A stretch of 64,000 bases of DNA from Limnothrix sp. BL-A-16 (lineage in GTDB: Bacteria; Cyanobacteriota; Cyanobacteriia; CACIAM-69d). Of this stretch, positions 10,538 through 21,861 are shown one piece after another. The stretch covers positions 3,520,001 to 3,584,000 of the forward strand of contig CP166615.1 in the NCBI GenBank assembly GCA_041937175.2, given 5' to 3'. Numbering within the stretch: the stretch's first letter is position 1; the number at the start of each line of letters is the position of its first letter. The notes beneath the pieces are model-generated. The model saw only the letters and a list, made by a program, of their open reading frames with translations, was not told where the DNA came from and did no database searches. Position numbers and translations under genes: made by a program.

Positions 10538-12100
10538 CTAAACCGCGCTCTTGCCTTGCAGTTGGGCCGGCTCGATCGGCAGTTCAATCACAAATTCCGT
10601 GCCCTGGCAAGGTTCCGAGATGCAGCGCAACCGGCCTCCGTGGCGCTCCGTCACAATTTTGTAGCTAATTGACATGCCCAAACCCGTACCCCGGCGAGCA
10701 GACTTGGTTGTGAAAAACGGCTCAAACATCCTCGATTGAATATCCCTTGGCATTCCGCATCCATTGTCACGAATCGAGATCCGCAGCCATCCAGAGCTGA
10801 TCAAAACCGTTTCAATCCAAATCTTAGGCGGTTCCCGTTTTGGGCCCGATCGCACTGGTAATTCACAAGCTTGATTTTGATCCTCAAGGGCATCGATCGC
10901 ATTCGCCAAAATATTCATAAAAACCTGATTAATCTGTCCCCCATAGCAAGAAATTAGCGGCACATCACCATAGTTTTTAATAATTTCAATACCTGAAGTA
11001 ACCTTCGCCTTGTTTAGTCTGCTCTTGAGAATCATCAATGTGTTATCAATACCTTCATGAATATCAAACCAATCGAGCGCACTGGCATCCAAGCGCGAAA
11101 ATTGGCGCAATCCCTCCACAATTTCACGAATTCGCTGACTGCCAATCTGCATGGACTGAAGCACCTTCGGAAAATCATCCAAAGCAAAAATAAGGTTTTC
11201 CAAGTCCAAATTTGCCAAAGCCACAGCAGCATCAAAAGAATCGCCAGCATCAGGATCGAGGCTTTGAGAATTTTGATCGAACGCCGCCTCACTCAACCAA
11301 TTTTCTGACAACTTGGCACGAGATAGTTCATCCCACTCCCTTGCTCGGGGAGAGGCTTTTAATAAAACCTGACAAGCCTCTAACAAATCTTGAGCATAAT
11401 TGAGGCAATGATCTAAGTTGCCGTAAATGAAATGTAAAGGGTTATTGATTTCATGAACAATGCCCGAAATCATTTGCCCCAAAGTGGACATTTTTTCGGC
11501 CTGTACAAGTTGAATTTGTGTTTCCTTCAGCTCCTTCAGTTGTTGTTCAAGTTGGCGTGCTTGTTTTTCTGCCTTGAATCGCAAATGTTCCTGAATCGAT
11601 AAAGCATCCTTTAATTGTTCTTGGCTGGCAATTAACTGCTGATTGAGAGTCTCCACTTGCTTCACAGACATCTGCGTCGTTTGTTGCAGAAAAACCAAAT
11701 CTGGTGTTACATCATGCAGCGGAAAATCCTTCAGCTTAATTCCTATATCTGTCAATTTCTGTGCGTTGATTGCAGATGGTGAACATAGAAAAAGAATAAT
11801 TTCTGGTTCTAGTAATTCCACCATTTGCCCCTTTAAAACCAAAGGGATATTCTGAGATTCCAACAGAAATAGGGATTGTTTTTTCCTCAGAAAAGCCTCA
11901 ACACTCATGGAAATCCGAGGACGGCTAATCGAGAAATGATCTGCAAAAGACCGCCCCTTCAACGGGTGGGGATAGATTCGATCGAGCGCTTGCCCCACCT
12001 GAACAATTTGCAGTTGATGATTGAGGGCCAGATGAAACGGAAAGAGCTGCACCAGCAACTCCGCTGAAAGACTGAATTGGGGTGAGGGCAACTGATCCAT
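10538..12100 (-). CDS. HNOBA-domain sensor histidine kinase
   Basis: LFPFHL...LKGQM...DFPLHD (HNOBA/PAS-like), H box HEINNPL, QVFMNILANAIDA, GTGLG; ATG at 12100 lies just past the H-NOX stop. Confidence 0.9.
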   Translation of the reverse strand: MDQLPSPQFSLSAELLVQLFPFHLALNHQLQIVQVGQALDRIYPHPLKGRSFADHFSISRPRISMSVEAFLRKKQSLFLLESQNIPLVLKGQMVELLEPEIILFLCSPSAINAQKLTDIGIKLKDFPLHDVTPDLVFLQQTTQMSVKQVETLNQQLIASQEQLKDALSIQEHLRFKAEKQARQLEQQLKELKETQIQLVQAEKMSTLGQMISGIVHEINNPLHFIYGNLDHCLNYAQDLLEACQVLLKASPRAREWDELSRAKLSENWLSEAAFDQNSQSLDPDAGDSFDAAVALANLDLENLIFALDDFPKVLQSMQIGSQRIREIVEGLRQFSRLDASALDWFDIHEGIDNTLMILKSRLNKAKVTSGIEIIKNYGDVPLISCYGGQINQVFMNILANAIDALEDQNQACELPVRSGPKREPPKIWIETVLISSGWLRISIRDNGCGMPRDIQSRMFEPFFTTKSARRGTGLGMSISYKIVTERHGGRLRCISEPCQGTEFVIELPIEPAQLQGKSAV

Positions 12101-12104
12101 AGCC

Positions 12105-12656
12105 CTAGTCAGTGGTGTAGTGGATGAGGAACGTATCGCATTCATCACCCTGAGCACGATCGGCAATTTGGGTAATTTCCACTTCCGTATCGAAGCGATC
12201 GCCCAGTCCTTCAATCAAGCCTTCCACCATGGGCCCCAATCCTTGGCGGGTCGATCGATAGTGTAATTCCACCGTTTGATGGCCGACCTGATCACAGTCG
12301 AAGGATGGGGGACGAAAGGAGGGAAACTGCACCCCTAGTCGCGTGTGCAAATCATCCAAATTGCCCAAAAAATCCACCAGGTTATCACCACACATATCCA
12401 TGATTTCCTGATAGCCAGCCGTCTTGGTGTAACCCACCCAATAGTGGCCAAATTTGCGCAACAAGTCCGTTGCAGAAATATCTAAAATCGTGGTTGCCGC
12501 TTGCACAATGTTATGGGTGATGTCGTCAGGATAGGACTTCATCACGAAAAAATGTTCTTCCGAGAGCTGAGCATGGGCCATGATGTCGTCCCAGATCTCC
12601 TGGCCATATTGCTCGCACATCATCATCCGCAAGGCGCTGTTAATTAAGCCATACAT
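12105..12656 (-). CDS. H-NOX heme nitric oxide/oxygen-binding protein
   Basis: MYGLIN start, proximal His in LDDLH, PSF, YxSxR motif (HYRSTR). Confidence 0.95.
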   Translation of the reverse strand: MYGLINSALRMMMCEQYGQEIWDDIMAHAQLSEEHFFVMKSYPDDITHNIVQAATTILDISATDLLRKFGHYWVGYTKTAGYQEIMDMCGDNLVDFLGNLDDLHTRLGVQFPSFRPPSFDCDQVGHQTVELHYRSTRQGLGPMVEGLIEGLGDRFDTEVEITQIADRAQGDECDTFLIHYTTD

Positions 12657-13290
12657 AAAAATAAAGTAAAATCCTAATCTAATGGAGTAGGGAGTTTTGA
12701 GTGCATGATCAGCCGTCTTGCTGAATCATGTTCATTATATAAAGATGGCAGTTTTGAGCGTCAAGGGATCTTGATGGTTATCCTAATGATGCTCAGGAAT
12801 TTATGAGATAAATTTGGTTAAAACTAACACCTTCAATTAATCCGAAAATTTTTGACTGTTCACTTGAACACAGTTACTTTAAAGAATTTCTGTAAAGAAT
12901 CGAACATAAATTAAAGGCGGGGCCCAAACCTTTCAATCAAAAGTTTTGTATCTGTGACATTGCGCGATCAGGTTGTTTTGGTACAGGAGAGACCGTAACA
13001 AAACTTGGCAACCTGGATCCATCCTCAATTGAGAAAGAGTAGATCTAGGCGATCGCGTGAGGCTTCATGAATGAGTTCTGAATTAATAAATCGCTTAATG
13101 CGTGATTAGCGATTAAAAAGAGCAGTGGTTCACAAATTGCTAAGGCGTTGAACTCAGGTTGCGTCCATTCACGCTGCCCAGAACGCCCCAAGGGTCATTG
13201 GCTGGCTTTGGGTTTGCGTTTGCGCGGGGTGGGTTGTTGGGCGCGATCGGCTCGAATCCGTTCTAGCAATACTGCGGCGGGTTCAAAAAT

Positions 13291-13905
13291 TTAAGCAATG
13301 AGTTCTCCCAAACTAACCTGATTAGCATGAATAGCCATTCGCTTGATAAGGTCAGTATCCTGGTACGGAGGCTTCGTCTGTTTAGTCAGTTGAGAGTAAG
13401 GCTTTTGGGCATTTCGGATTTTTCTTTTGTCTAGGGTGACTTGGGTAATCGCAATATTTTTACGTTGATATTGGCTTAGGAAATCTGATTGATTCCAAAA
13501 GCGTTGACCGATCGCAGTGCAGTAATGAAGAATGCATTGTGCGCCTAAAATTTGCTGCTTGATGGACTTTAGATCAGCATCAGACTTTTTCAATTCAATA
13601 TATAAAATCCACTGACCGATAGCAGCATCGTCGCAAATCAAAATATAGTCGGCACAGCGCTGCTCACCCCTGCTTCCTTGGAATAGCTTGCGTCGATCCC
13701 AAAATTGATCGGCACGGATCACCAGCGTTTGTTCAGGGCAGTTAGTCACAGTAAGGGCATACATTTCTGTTATAGATCCTCCCTGTTTCTGTCGCTCTGA
13801 GAGTTTCACCTGATAGCAATGGCGACCATACTGGATATCTTGGGGCTGGCAGGGAACGAGTAGTTTCTCATGAATCATGGAGCGCAAAATTTCTATCTCC
13901 GCCAT
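13291..13905 (-). CDS. hypothetical protein, possible PD-(D/E)XK nuclease fold
   Basis: RCADYILI...YIELKK...KQQ pattern; ATG directly after the ATPase TAG. Confidence 0.6.
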   Translation of the reverse strand: MAEIEILRSMIHEKLLVPCQPQDIQYGRHCYQVKLSERQKQGGSITEMYALTVTNCPEQTLVIRADQFWDRRKLFQGSRGEQRCADYILICDDAAIGQWILYIELKKSDADLKSIKQQILGAQCILHYCTAIGQRFWNQSDFLSQYQRKNIAITQVTLDKRKIRNAQKPYSQLTKQTKPPYQDTDLIKRMAIHANQVSLGELIA

Positions 13906-15291
13906 CTAATCTGCACCCCAAATAATTGCCTCTTGAATTTGATTCATTTCATCGATCGTTTGATCAAAGCTACCCACTTCGATGCCCTGATCGACATTAA
14001 TATCAGCCGCAGAAAGCGTTTGGCGTTTGACTTTGCTTCTGCGCCCTGGAACCGCAATTAAATCCAGTTGGGCAATATAGACTCTCATTTGTTCAGGAGT
14101 TAGTAGCTCTTCCGGTTGATATCCCCAGCGATCTCGAATTTTTTGAAGATGGGGTTGGTCGCGATTAAGCATGATTAGATGATTAATTTCCTTAATCAAA
14201 TAATCGCTATGGGTAGTAATGCAAACCCTGATGCCCACATTTACCAGTCTCGCTAAAAGCCGTGCAATACGGCGCTGATTTTCGGGATGTAAGTTTAGCT
14301 CTGGCTCATCGATAATCAACAGATCACCAGGTTGGGCAGCGTGCTTTAGGTAGAAACCAATATCCAAGAGCGATCGAACTGCGCTAGAACTTTCATCCAT
14401 CGTTAGCTTCAAGCTTTTACGATGACTGGGACTATAGTAAATGCCATTATTACGAACGCTATATTCACCGCCTACCAACTGCCTAAAATCTTCTAAGATT
14501 TCAGGGTGCTGATCAACCAAGAAGCTTTCTTCTTTGGAGACAACTTCAAGGTTGCGCGTAAAATCAACATTTTGTTTTACGGGTAATGCATAATCTCGAT
14601 AGACCTTGAAAAGTAGTTCCATCGGATCAAAATTTTTGTTGGATTGTCCCATTTCTTCTAACAAGCGATTGCGAGCAAAATTCAGCTCATTGCGGAAGAT
14701 GGCTGCTCCTGTTCTTTCAGCACTTGCAATGAAGGGGTGAGGAAGATAATTCGAGAAAATTAGGTCTTTCAGTGCATTAGAAATAATACTTTTAACAGCC
14801 GCCTCAGGGATTAAGCTACTTTCATTGGAAATCAACAGTGTGATTGTTAAATCAAGATTGTTTTGGGGCTTGACCAGGGAAAATATTTCTACATCTTGAG
14901 ATTGAATGTTATGTTCAAATGCCTGATCAAATTGAAGTCGTAAAAAATCTAATTTAATCCTAAATTCAGCATCTTTGAACTTATTTTCTGGGGCAGCAAA
15001 GATTTTATAAAGCTGTTGACTATAAAATTCACAACCCTGCTCAAGGATTTCCTGAGCCTGCTCCAAATAACTGGGGATATGCAGGGAAACAGAGCCTTTA
15101 GAAAAAAGCTCATTGATAACTCTGGATTCAATTTCAAAATTTAGAATATGGGGCCAAGTCTCTAAAAAACCGAAGAGGGCATAGACCGCGTAGGTTTTGC
15201 CGGTATTGTTCGATCCACAAATGATTGTGAAGTCTCCTAGGGTGAATTTTGCATCTTGAATTGGCCCTAAGTTTTTAACCTGAATTTCCAT
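13906..15291 (-). CDS. ABC-type ATPase (AAA_15/AAA_21-like), non-transport
   Basis: IQVKNLGPI, Walker A GSNNTGKT, AERTG, Walker B IIDEPE, LHP, ITTHS; no TM segments. Confidence 0.88.
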   Translation of the reverse strand: MEIQVKNLGPIQDAKFTLGDFTIICGSNNTGKTYAVYALFGFLETWPHILNFEIESRVINELFSKGSVSLHIPSYLEQAQEILEQGCEFYSQQLYKIFAAPENKFKDAEFRIKLDFLRLQFDQAFEHNIQSQDVEIFSLVKPQNNLDLTITLLISNESSLIPEAAVKSIISNALKDLIFSNYLPHPFIASAERTGAAIFRNELNFARNRLLEEMGQSNKNFDPMELLFKVYRDYALPVKQNVDFTRNLEVVSKEESFLVDQHPEILEDFRQLVGGEYSVRNNGIYYSPSHRKSLKLTMDESSSAVRSLLDIGFYLKHAAQPGDLLIIDEPELNLHPENQRRIARLLARLVNVGIRVCITTHSDYLIKEINHLIMLNRDQPHLQKIRDRWGYQPEELLTPEQMRVYIAQLDLIAVPGRRSKVKRQTLSAADINVDQGIEVGSFDQTIDEMNQIQEAIIWGAD

Positions 15292-15359
15292 AGGTTCGTA
15301 ACACTACTGATGCATGATTATTACGACTAATTATAGAAAGTGGATCAGAGTAAGAAAAG

Positions 15360-17606
15360 CTAGTGGGCGAGTTGGTCGGTGGTTTCGGCTGCCCAGGCGG
15401 CGCGGACGAGGCGAATATCGGCGTAGGTGTGGCGCTGTTGTAAGAATTCGTAGATTTCTGTGAGGCGTTGGGCCCCGCAATGGTCGATCGCCCGAACAAT
15501 GTCTTGCTGGATGTCGGGAGCCACGAAATCATCGATGTTGATCGCGTAGCCCTTGCGAATCAGCTCTTCGATGTGGGTGGTGATCGTGGTGGTGCGTAGG
15601 TTGCGGGCTTCGGCGATGTCGGCCAGGCGGTGGCCCTGTTGGTAGAGTTCCCAGGTGCTGTAGATCGTGGTGCTGACGGCGCGGCTGGTGCGATCGCTGA
15701 TTCGTTGGTCGATCGCCTTGGCCGGTGAATCCAGGTTGAATTCTTGGCAAAAAGCCCCGATCGCCGCCGTGAAGGTTTGGCCGTATTGCTCCAGTTTGCG
15801 GCGACCCACTCCGGGCACATCGGCAAATTGCGCCAAATCCAGGGGCCGCAGCTTGGCCATGGCCCGCAGGCTGGCATCGGTGAACACCACGTAGGGCGGC
15901 ACGTTTTGTTCGTCGGCCAGTTGTTTGCGCAGTTGCCGCAGCCGATCGAACAGGGGCTGTTCTTCGGGGGCCAGGTCTTCGGTGTTGCTGGTGGGGCGAT
16001 CGCGCCGTTGGGGTGGCACGGCGACCCAGACTTCTCGCTGTTTGCGCAGCACTTCCCAACTGAGGGCGTTTAACCGCAAGACCCGATAGCCATCGGTGGT
16101 TTCATCGACCAAGCCTTCGTGCCGGAGCGATCGCGCCAGCAAATGCCACTGTTCCGCCGTCCGATCCTTGCCAATGCCGTAGGTCGAGAGTTCTTGGTGG
16201 TTATTACGCAAAATCTTTTCGTTTTTGGAGCCGCGCAACACATCGATGATGTATTGCGTGCCGAACCGCTCCCGCACCCGGGCCACGCAGGAGAGGAATT
16301 TTTGGGCCGGAATCGTCCAATCCTCTAGGGGTTTGGGGTCGCGGCAATTATCGCAGCCGTTGCAGTTGCCGGGAAAGGCTTCGCCAAAATAGCCCAGTTG
16401 GATCGTGCGGCGGCAAACGGTGCTTTCGGCATAGTCGATCGTCTGGCGCAGTTGCTGTTGGGCGATCCGCTGTTCGTTGGGGTCGGGCTTTTGGCCGATC
16501 AAATATTCAATGCTGCGAATGTCGCCCGTGCCGAAATAGAGGATGCAGCGGGCGGGGTCGCCATCGCGGCCGGCGCGGCCCGATTCTTGGTAATAGCCTT
16601 CCAGGTTGCGGGGCAGGTCGTAATGCACCACCAGCCGCACATCGGGCTTGTTGATGCCCATGCCAAAGGCGATCGTCGCCACCATCACCCGCACATCGTC
16701 GCGAATAAAGCGGGTTTGGTTGTCAGCGCGGCTTTCGTTGTCCATGCCCGCGTGGTAGGCCAGCGCTTCGATGCCGTCCATTTGCAGCTTGCGGGTCAGC
16801 TCGTCCACCCGTTTGCGACTGAAGCAATAGACGATCGCGGAGCCATCGGTGGTGCGCAACAACCGCAGCAGTTCGGGATAGGTGTTGCGATCCTTGGGCC
16901 GCACTTCGTAATACAAATTGGGGCGGTTGAAGCTGGCGATATGGATTCGCGGATCGCGCAACTGCAACTGATGCACGATGTCTTGGCGGACGCGATCGGT
17001 GGCCGTGGCGGTCAGGGCCATGAAGGGCACGTTGGGATAGCGATCGCGCAGGCTCCAAAGTTGCCGATATTCCGGGCGGAAGTCGTGGCCCCACTCGGAA
17101 ACGCAATGGGCCTCATCGATCGCGAATTGGGCCAAACCGATCGTCTGATGGATTCGATCGATTAGGGGCAAAAACCCTTCGGTCATCAACCGTTCGGGCG
17201 CAACGTAGACCAACCTATAGACGTTGTTCAGCAGTTCCAATTCGCGCGATCGCAACTCGGCTACGCCCAAACTGCTGTTCAGAAAGGTGGCGGAAATGCC
17301 GTTATCGCGCAGGGCGGCCACCTGGTCTTGCATCAGGGCAATCAGCGGCGACACCACCACGGTCAGCCCCGGTTGCAACAGGGCGGGCAGTTGGAAACAG
17401 AGGGATTTGCCGCCGCCCGTGGGAATCACGACCAGTTGATCGCGCCCGGCCAGTGCTGCTTCCACGATCTCCCGCTGGCCGGGCCGAAAGCTGCGATAGC
17501 CAAAATACTGCTTGAGGGCCTGGTCAAGGTTGGGATCGGTGACCCGATCGGGCGCTGTGAAGGGTTGCCCCGCCGTTTGGTTTGTTGTCTGACCAACCCC
17601 GATCAT
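15360..17606 (-). CDS. recQ: DNA helicase RecQ
   Basis: [34 protein letters not shown], Zn-RQC, HRDC and a C-terminal HTH; start uncertain. Confidence 0.96.
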   Translation of the reverse strand: MIGVGQTTNQTAGQPFTAPDRVTDPNLDQALKQYFGYRSFRPGQREIVEAALAGRDQLVVIPTGGGKSLCFQLPALLQPGLTVVVSPLIALMQDQVAALRDNGISATFLNSSLGVAELRSRELELLNNVYRLVYVAPERLMTEGFLPLIDRIHQTIGLAQFAIDEAHCVSEWGHDFRPEYRQLWSLRDRYPNVPFMALTATATDRVRQDIVHQLQLRDPRIHIASFNRPNLYYEVRPKDRNTYPELLRLLRTTDGSAIVYCFSRKRVDELTRKLQMDGIEALAYHAGMDNESRADNQTRFIRDDVRVMVATIAFGMGINKPDVRLVVHYDLPRNLEGYYQESGRAGRDGDPARCILYFGTGDIRSIEYLIGQKPDPNEQRIAQQQLRQTIDYAESTVCRRTIQLGYFGEAFPGNCNGCDNCRDPKPLEDWTIPAQKFLSCVARVRERFGTQYIIDVLRGSKNEKILRNNHQELSTYGIGKDRTAEQWHLLARSLRHEGLVDETTDGYRVLRLNALSWEVLRKQREVWVAVPPQRRDRPTSNTEDLAPEEQPLFDRLRQLRKQLADEQNVPPYVVFTDASLRAMAKLRPLDLAQFADVPGVGRRKLEQYGQTFTAAIGAFCQEFNLDSPAKAIDQRISDRTSRAVSTTIYSTWELYQQGHRLADIAEARNLRTTTITTHIEELIRKGYAINIDDFVAPDIQQDIVRAIDHCGAQRLTEIYEFLQQRHTYADIRLVRAAWAAETTDQLAH

Positions 17607-17790
17607 GTGCCTTGCCGTCACTCGCCGTGCAATTCCTTGCTGAATTTAGCTCAAAACGGCAGTCCATACCGATCGGGCTGGGGAGGGGCGATCGATCCAA
17701 GTCTGGGGTTCATGGGCAACCTGGCATAAGCAAGAAAATAGTCCTCATCAATGTCAAAATAATCACCAATGGGCTGATCTGCATACGGGC

Positions 17791-18546
17791 ATGAACTCTT
17801 CCTTTTTGTGGCGGTGGCTTGTGCGGCAATCTTGCACAGTCGGGATGCTGCCCGTGAATCATTCGGTTTCTGGATTGGGTTTTGGCTCCGTGGTTTTGGG
17901 TAATAACCTGGATTCTGGATTGGGTTCTGGCGCTGTAACATTGAGTGACGAGCCATCAGGTCATCCAAGACAGGAACCTTCTCACTCAATTTCGGGCTGT
18001 TTATTGACAGATCCCGCAGTTTTGGGTCACTCAGGGGCGGGGTTTACGCTGCTGGAATTGTTGATGGTGGCGGCGCTGGTGGGCATCCTCAGCGCGATCG
18101 CTGCGCCCGTTTGGCTATCTTTTGCCGATAACCAACGCCTCAGCGCAGCCCAGGATGCGGCCTTTCGGACGATGCGGATTGCCCAGGCCCGGGCCCGCCA
18201 CAATCGACGGATTTGGGAAGTATGTTTTCGGGATACGGGTCGATCGGTGGAGTTGGCGGTGCAACCCGCTCGAACAGGATTTTGTGACAATGCCCGGTGG
18301 GAACCCCTGCTGGCGGAAGCAACGGGCACGATCGGTGTGGCGATCGATGGGGACAACAGCACCCTGCGATCGCGCAGTGGCGTTTACCGAATGCAATTCC
18401 AGGGCAGTGGCTGGGTGAATGGGCAACTGGGCCGAGTCACCTTTCAACTGCGCGATCGGGGGGATGATAGCCGCCGGAGTTGCGTGTTTGTGTCAACCCT
18501 CTTGGGTGCGTTACGGGGCGATCGCGATCGGGCCTGTTTGCGCTGA
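17791..18546 (+). CDS. type IV prepilin-like protein (FimT/GspH-like)
   Basis: G-FTLLELLMVAALVGILSAIA prepilin motif near 18040; the true start may be downstream. Confidence 0.8.
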   Translation: MNSSFLWRWLVRQSCTVGMLPVNHSVSGLGFGSVVLGNNLDSGLGSGAVTLSDEPSGHPRQEPSHSISGCLLTDPAVLGHSGAGFTLLELLMVAALVGILSAIAAPVWLSFADNQRLSAAQDAAFRTMRIAQARARHNRRIWEVCFRDTGRSVELAVQPARTGFCDNARWEPLLAEATGTIGVAIDGDNSTLRSRSGVYRMQFQGSGWVNGQLGRVTFQLRDRGDDSRRSCVFVSTLLGALRGDRDRACLR

Positions 18547-18600
18547 TTCGCTGGTGCTGATCTCGATGGTTCGCTGGCGGCTGTTTTAAGTTCCAGCTTT

Positions 18601-19089
18601 TTAATTTCCAGTTTTTTCGCTTGCGCCCTGGCCCAACTCGGGAGCCACGGGATACCAACGCCAGCGCTGGAGCCGAAACTGTAATGTTGTGAACCGGGCC
18701 CGTTCCGCCATTGGGAGATTGAGCAATTGCTCCACGGGTCTTACTGTGCCATCGGTCTGCACAGCCAAATTATCCGCGTCTAGTTCCAACATCCAATTGC
18801 CGAACCGACAGGTGACCGGCGCAATCCGAAAGCCACTCAAGGACTCGATCGGGTGGCCAATGCGGGCCCCCACGCAAAACACATCCTCCGGGGCCCGACT
18901 CACGCCCCGCAGCGCGATCGCCACTTCCTCGCGTAATTGCTCAGATTGCTCAATTAACGATTGCCACTCGGCCAGGCTGGAGGAACCACCGGCCAAAGCA
19001 GGCTGGACTTCCCAGCCAACGGTGGTCGCTCGGACAACGCCCACCAGAATGGTGATTAGCCCCAAAGTCCAATGTACGTATTTACCCAT
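18601..19089 (-). CDS. putative exported hypothetical protein
   Basis: Hydrophobic N-terminus, two Cys; fills the gap between convergent and divergent neighbours. Confidence 0.6.
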   Translation of the reverse strand: MGKYVHWTLGLITILVGVVRATTVGWEVQPALAGGSSSLAEWQSLIEQSEQLREEVAIALRGVSRAPEDVFCVGARIGHPIESLSGFRIAPVTCRFGNWMLELDADNLAVQTDGTVRPVEQLLNLPMAERARFTTLQFRLQRWRWYPVAPELGQGASEKTGN

Positions 19090-19394
19090 TGATCGGGAAG
19101 CAACCGCCGAGCGCCCAGACGATTACGTAGCCTCTGTTACAGTTTTAGCCCGATCGCCTCGACCTCCGCTCGGTTCTCAAGAAAACCACACAGCAATTTC
19201 AGTGCGTCTGGTCACCACGATCCGATCGCCTGCCTCGTATCATGCAACCGAAGCGGGCCCCTCATCGGATTGGCCCACGGAAAACGGCCGAGAGGTGAGT
19301 TAAGCACAGCACTGACAACCCTCCTCCACCCGGCCGCTATTCACCGGGCAATCCTAACCTCACCCCAGCAAACCCTCAGAGCCACTGACTGACC

Positions 19395-20294
19395 ATGGAT
19401 CACGAAAGCGAATACATCAGCAAAGCCGAAGCCACCCGGGTGCGCGTTCTCAGCGAAGCCCTGCCCTACATTCAGCAGTTTGCCGGGCGCACGGTGGTGG
19501 TGAAATATGGCGGCGCAGCCATGAAAGACGATCGCCTCAAGGACAAGGTGATTCGTGATGTTGTGTTCATGTCCTGTGTGGGGCTACGTCCGGTGGTGGT
19601 GCATGGGGGCGGGCCGGAAATTAACAACTGGCTGGGCAAACTCAACATCGAGCCACAGTTTCGCGACGGGCTGCGGGTGACCGACTCCGACACCATGGAC
19701 GTGGTGGAAATGGTGTTGGTGGGCCGTGTGAATAAGGAATTGGTCTCGCTGATTAACCAGGCCGGCGGCATGGCGATCGGGCTGTGCGGCAAAGATGGCA
19801 ACCTGGTGACCGCTCGCCAAAAGGGCAACCGTGAGGAAATTGGCTTTGTGGGCGAAGTCAACAGCATCAACATCGATGTGTTGGAACCGATGCTGAACAA
19901 TGGCTACATTCCCGTGATTTCCAGTGTGGCGGCCGATGCGGATGGCCAAGCCTACAACATCAATGCGGACACGGTGGCCGGGGAGTTGGCCGCCGCCCTA
20001 GGAGCCGAGAAGATGATTCTGCTGACGGATACGGCCGGGGTGCTGCGGGACTATAAAGATCCTTCAACCCTAATCCCCAAGGTGGATATTCAAGGGGCCC
20101 GGGAGCTAATTTCCCAAGGTGTTGTCGGCGGCGGCATGATTCCCAAGGTGAACTGTTGTGTCCGATCGCTGGCCCAGGGGGTGCGGGCTGCTCACATTAT
20201 TGATGGCCGGATTCCCCACGCCCTGTTGCTGGAAATTTTTACGGACGCGGGAATCGGAACCATGATTGTGGCCTCCGATCTGATGAAGTCCTAG
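19395..20294 (+). CDS. argB: acetylglutamate kinase
   Basis: [34 protein letters not shown]. Confidence 0.97.
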   Translation: MDHESEYISKAEATRVRVLSEALPYIQQFAGRTVVVKYGGAAMKDDRLKDKVIRDVVFMSCVGLRPVVVHGGGPEINNWLGKLNIEPQFRDGLRVTDSDTMDVVEMVLVGRVNKELVSLINQAGGMAIGLCGKDGNLVTARQKGNREEIGFVGEVNSINIDVLEPMLNNGYIPVISSVAADADGQAYNINADTVAGELAAALGAEKMILLTDTAGVLRDYKDPSTLIPKVDIQGARELISQGVVGGGMIPKVNCCVRSLAQGVRAAHIIDGRIPHALLLEIFTDAGIGTMIVASDLMKS

Positions 20295-20348
20295 GGGGTG
20301 GGCGCGGTTCTTCACAATCCGGATCCGGTTGCTATGAGACAGTGGGGG

Positions 20349-20368
20349 CAAGGGGCTGAAGCCCCTTG
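20349..20368. repeat. palindromic repeat CAAGGGGCTGAAGCCCCTTG
   Basis: One-mismatch copy of the dispersed palindrome. Confidence 0.8.
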
Positions 20369-20434
20369 TCTAGTATGGATATTGCGGAAGTTCCCTGAAG
20401 CAACCTGAACCGTTCTGAACTGTTTCGAGCAATC

Positions 20435-21532
20435 ATGACCTATTCCACAAACATCCTGGGCGTGGCGATCGCCGGTACGGGGTTTGGCCAAAAAATCCAT
20501 CTGCCGGTGTTGCAACAGCACCATCGCACCCGCCCGATCGCCCTGTACCATCGCCAAGTTCAAACGGCCCAGGCGATCGCCCAACGGCATCAGCTTCCCT
20601 ATGCTTTCGATAGCTTTGAGGAAATGGTGGCCCTGCCGGAGGTGCAAGCGGTGATGATTTCTACGCCGCCTTTTTTGCACTACGCCATGGCCCAAACGGC
20701 CCTGGCGGCCGGGAAGCATGTGCTGTTGGAAAAACCGGTGACGATGACGGCGCAAGAGGCGATCGCCCTGGAGCAGTTGGCTACAAAAACAGGGGCGATC
20801 GTGGCGGTGGATTTTGAGTTTCGGATGGTTCCGGCTTGGCAATATTTGGCGGAGCTGCTGGCGGACGATCGCGTGGGTCAAAAACGCCTGATCAAAATCG
20901 ACTGGATGGCCTCCAGTCGGGCCGATGCCAGCCGGCCTTGGAATTGGTATGCCCAGCGATCGAGCGGCGGCGGGGCCCTCGGGGCGATCGGGTCTCACAC
21001 CTTCGACTACATCCATTGGCTATTTGGGCCCGTGCGGCGGTTATTTGCCCATTTGGTTACCTCCGTGCCCGATCGACCCGACCCCAGCAGCGGCCAACTG
21101 AAACCGGTGGATTCCGATGATATTTGCCAAATCTTGCTGGAGCTGACCGACGGCACGCCGGTTCAGGTCTGTTTAAGCTCCACAACCTACCAAGGGCGGG
21201 GTCATTGGGTGGAAATCTATGGCGATCGGGGCACGCTGATTTTGGGCAGCGACAACCAAGCGGACTATATCCACGGGTTCAAGCTTTGGTATGCACCCGC
21301 AGGCGAGCCGTTGCAAGAATTGCCCATTCCCGATCGGCTGGCGTTTCCCCAAACCTATCCCGATGGGCGGATGGCGGCCGTGTTGCGGGTGGTCGATCGC
21401 TGGGTGCAGGCGATCGATCAAGGCCAGGCGATCGCCCCATCCCTCCGCGAGGGGATTGCGTCTCAGCAGCTCATGGACTTGGCCCACGAATCCCACGATC
21501 GGGGGCAATGGGTGACGGTTCCCGATGCTTAA
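20435..21532 (+). CDS. Gfo/Idh/MocA family oxidoreductase
   Basis: GTGFG, HVLLEKP, GGGALGAIGSHTFD. Confidence 0.9.
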   Translation: MTYSTNILGVAIAGTGFGQKIHLPVLQQHHRTRPIALYHRQVQTAQAIAQRHQLPYAFDSFEEMVALPEVQAVMISTPPFLHYAMAQTALAAGKHVLLEKPVTMTAQEAIALEQLATKTGAIVAVDFEFRMVPAWQYLAELLADDRVGQKRLIKIDWMASSRADASRPWNWYAQRSSGGGALGAIGSHTFDYIHWLFGPVRRLFAHLVTSVPDRPDPSSGQLKPVDSDDICQILLELTDGTPVQVCLSSTTYQGRGHWVEIYGDRGTLILGSDNQADYIHGFKLWYAPAGEPLQELPIPDRLAFPQTYPDGRMAAVLRVVDRWVQAIDQGQAIAPSLREGIASQQLMDLAHESHDRGQWVTVPDA

Positions 21533-21710
21533 TCGCCCCAAACCCACCAGGGCTGCCCCTTGCGAACCGGGGTGGCGAGCGACCCCTGTTGAAATATCTT
21601 CGATCTGAACTATGCTCTTGAGATGAATCTGCCCAGCTCGATCGACGGCGGCCACAGCGAAACCATTTGGCATTCCGTCGCCAGCCGCTGGGCAACCCGC
21701 TCGTGATTCA

Positions 21711-21822
<112 letters not shown>

Positions 21823-21861
21823 CGCGGTGTTTATTCCTTCCACTTCTGCGAGGTTCGGACT

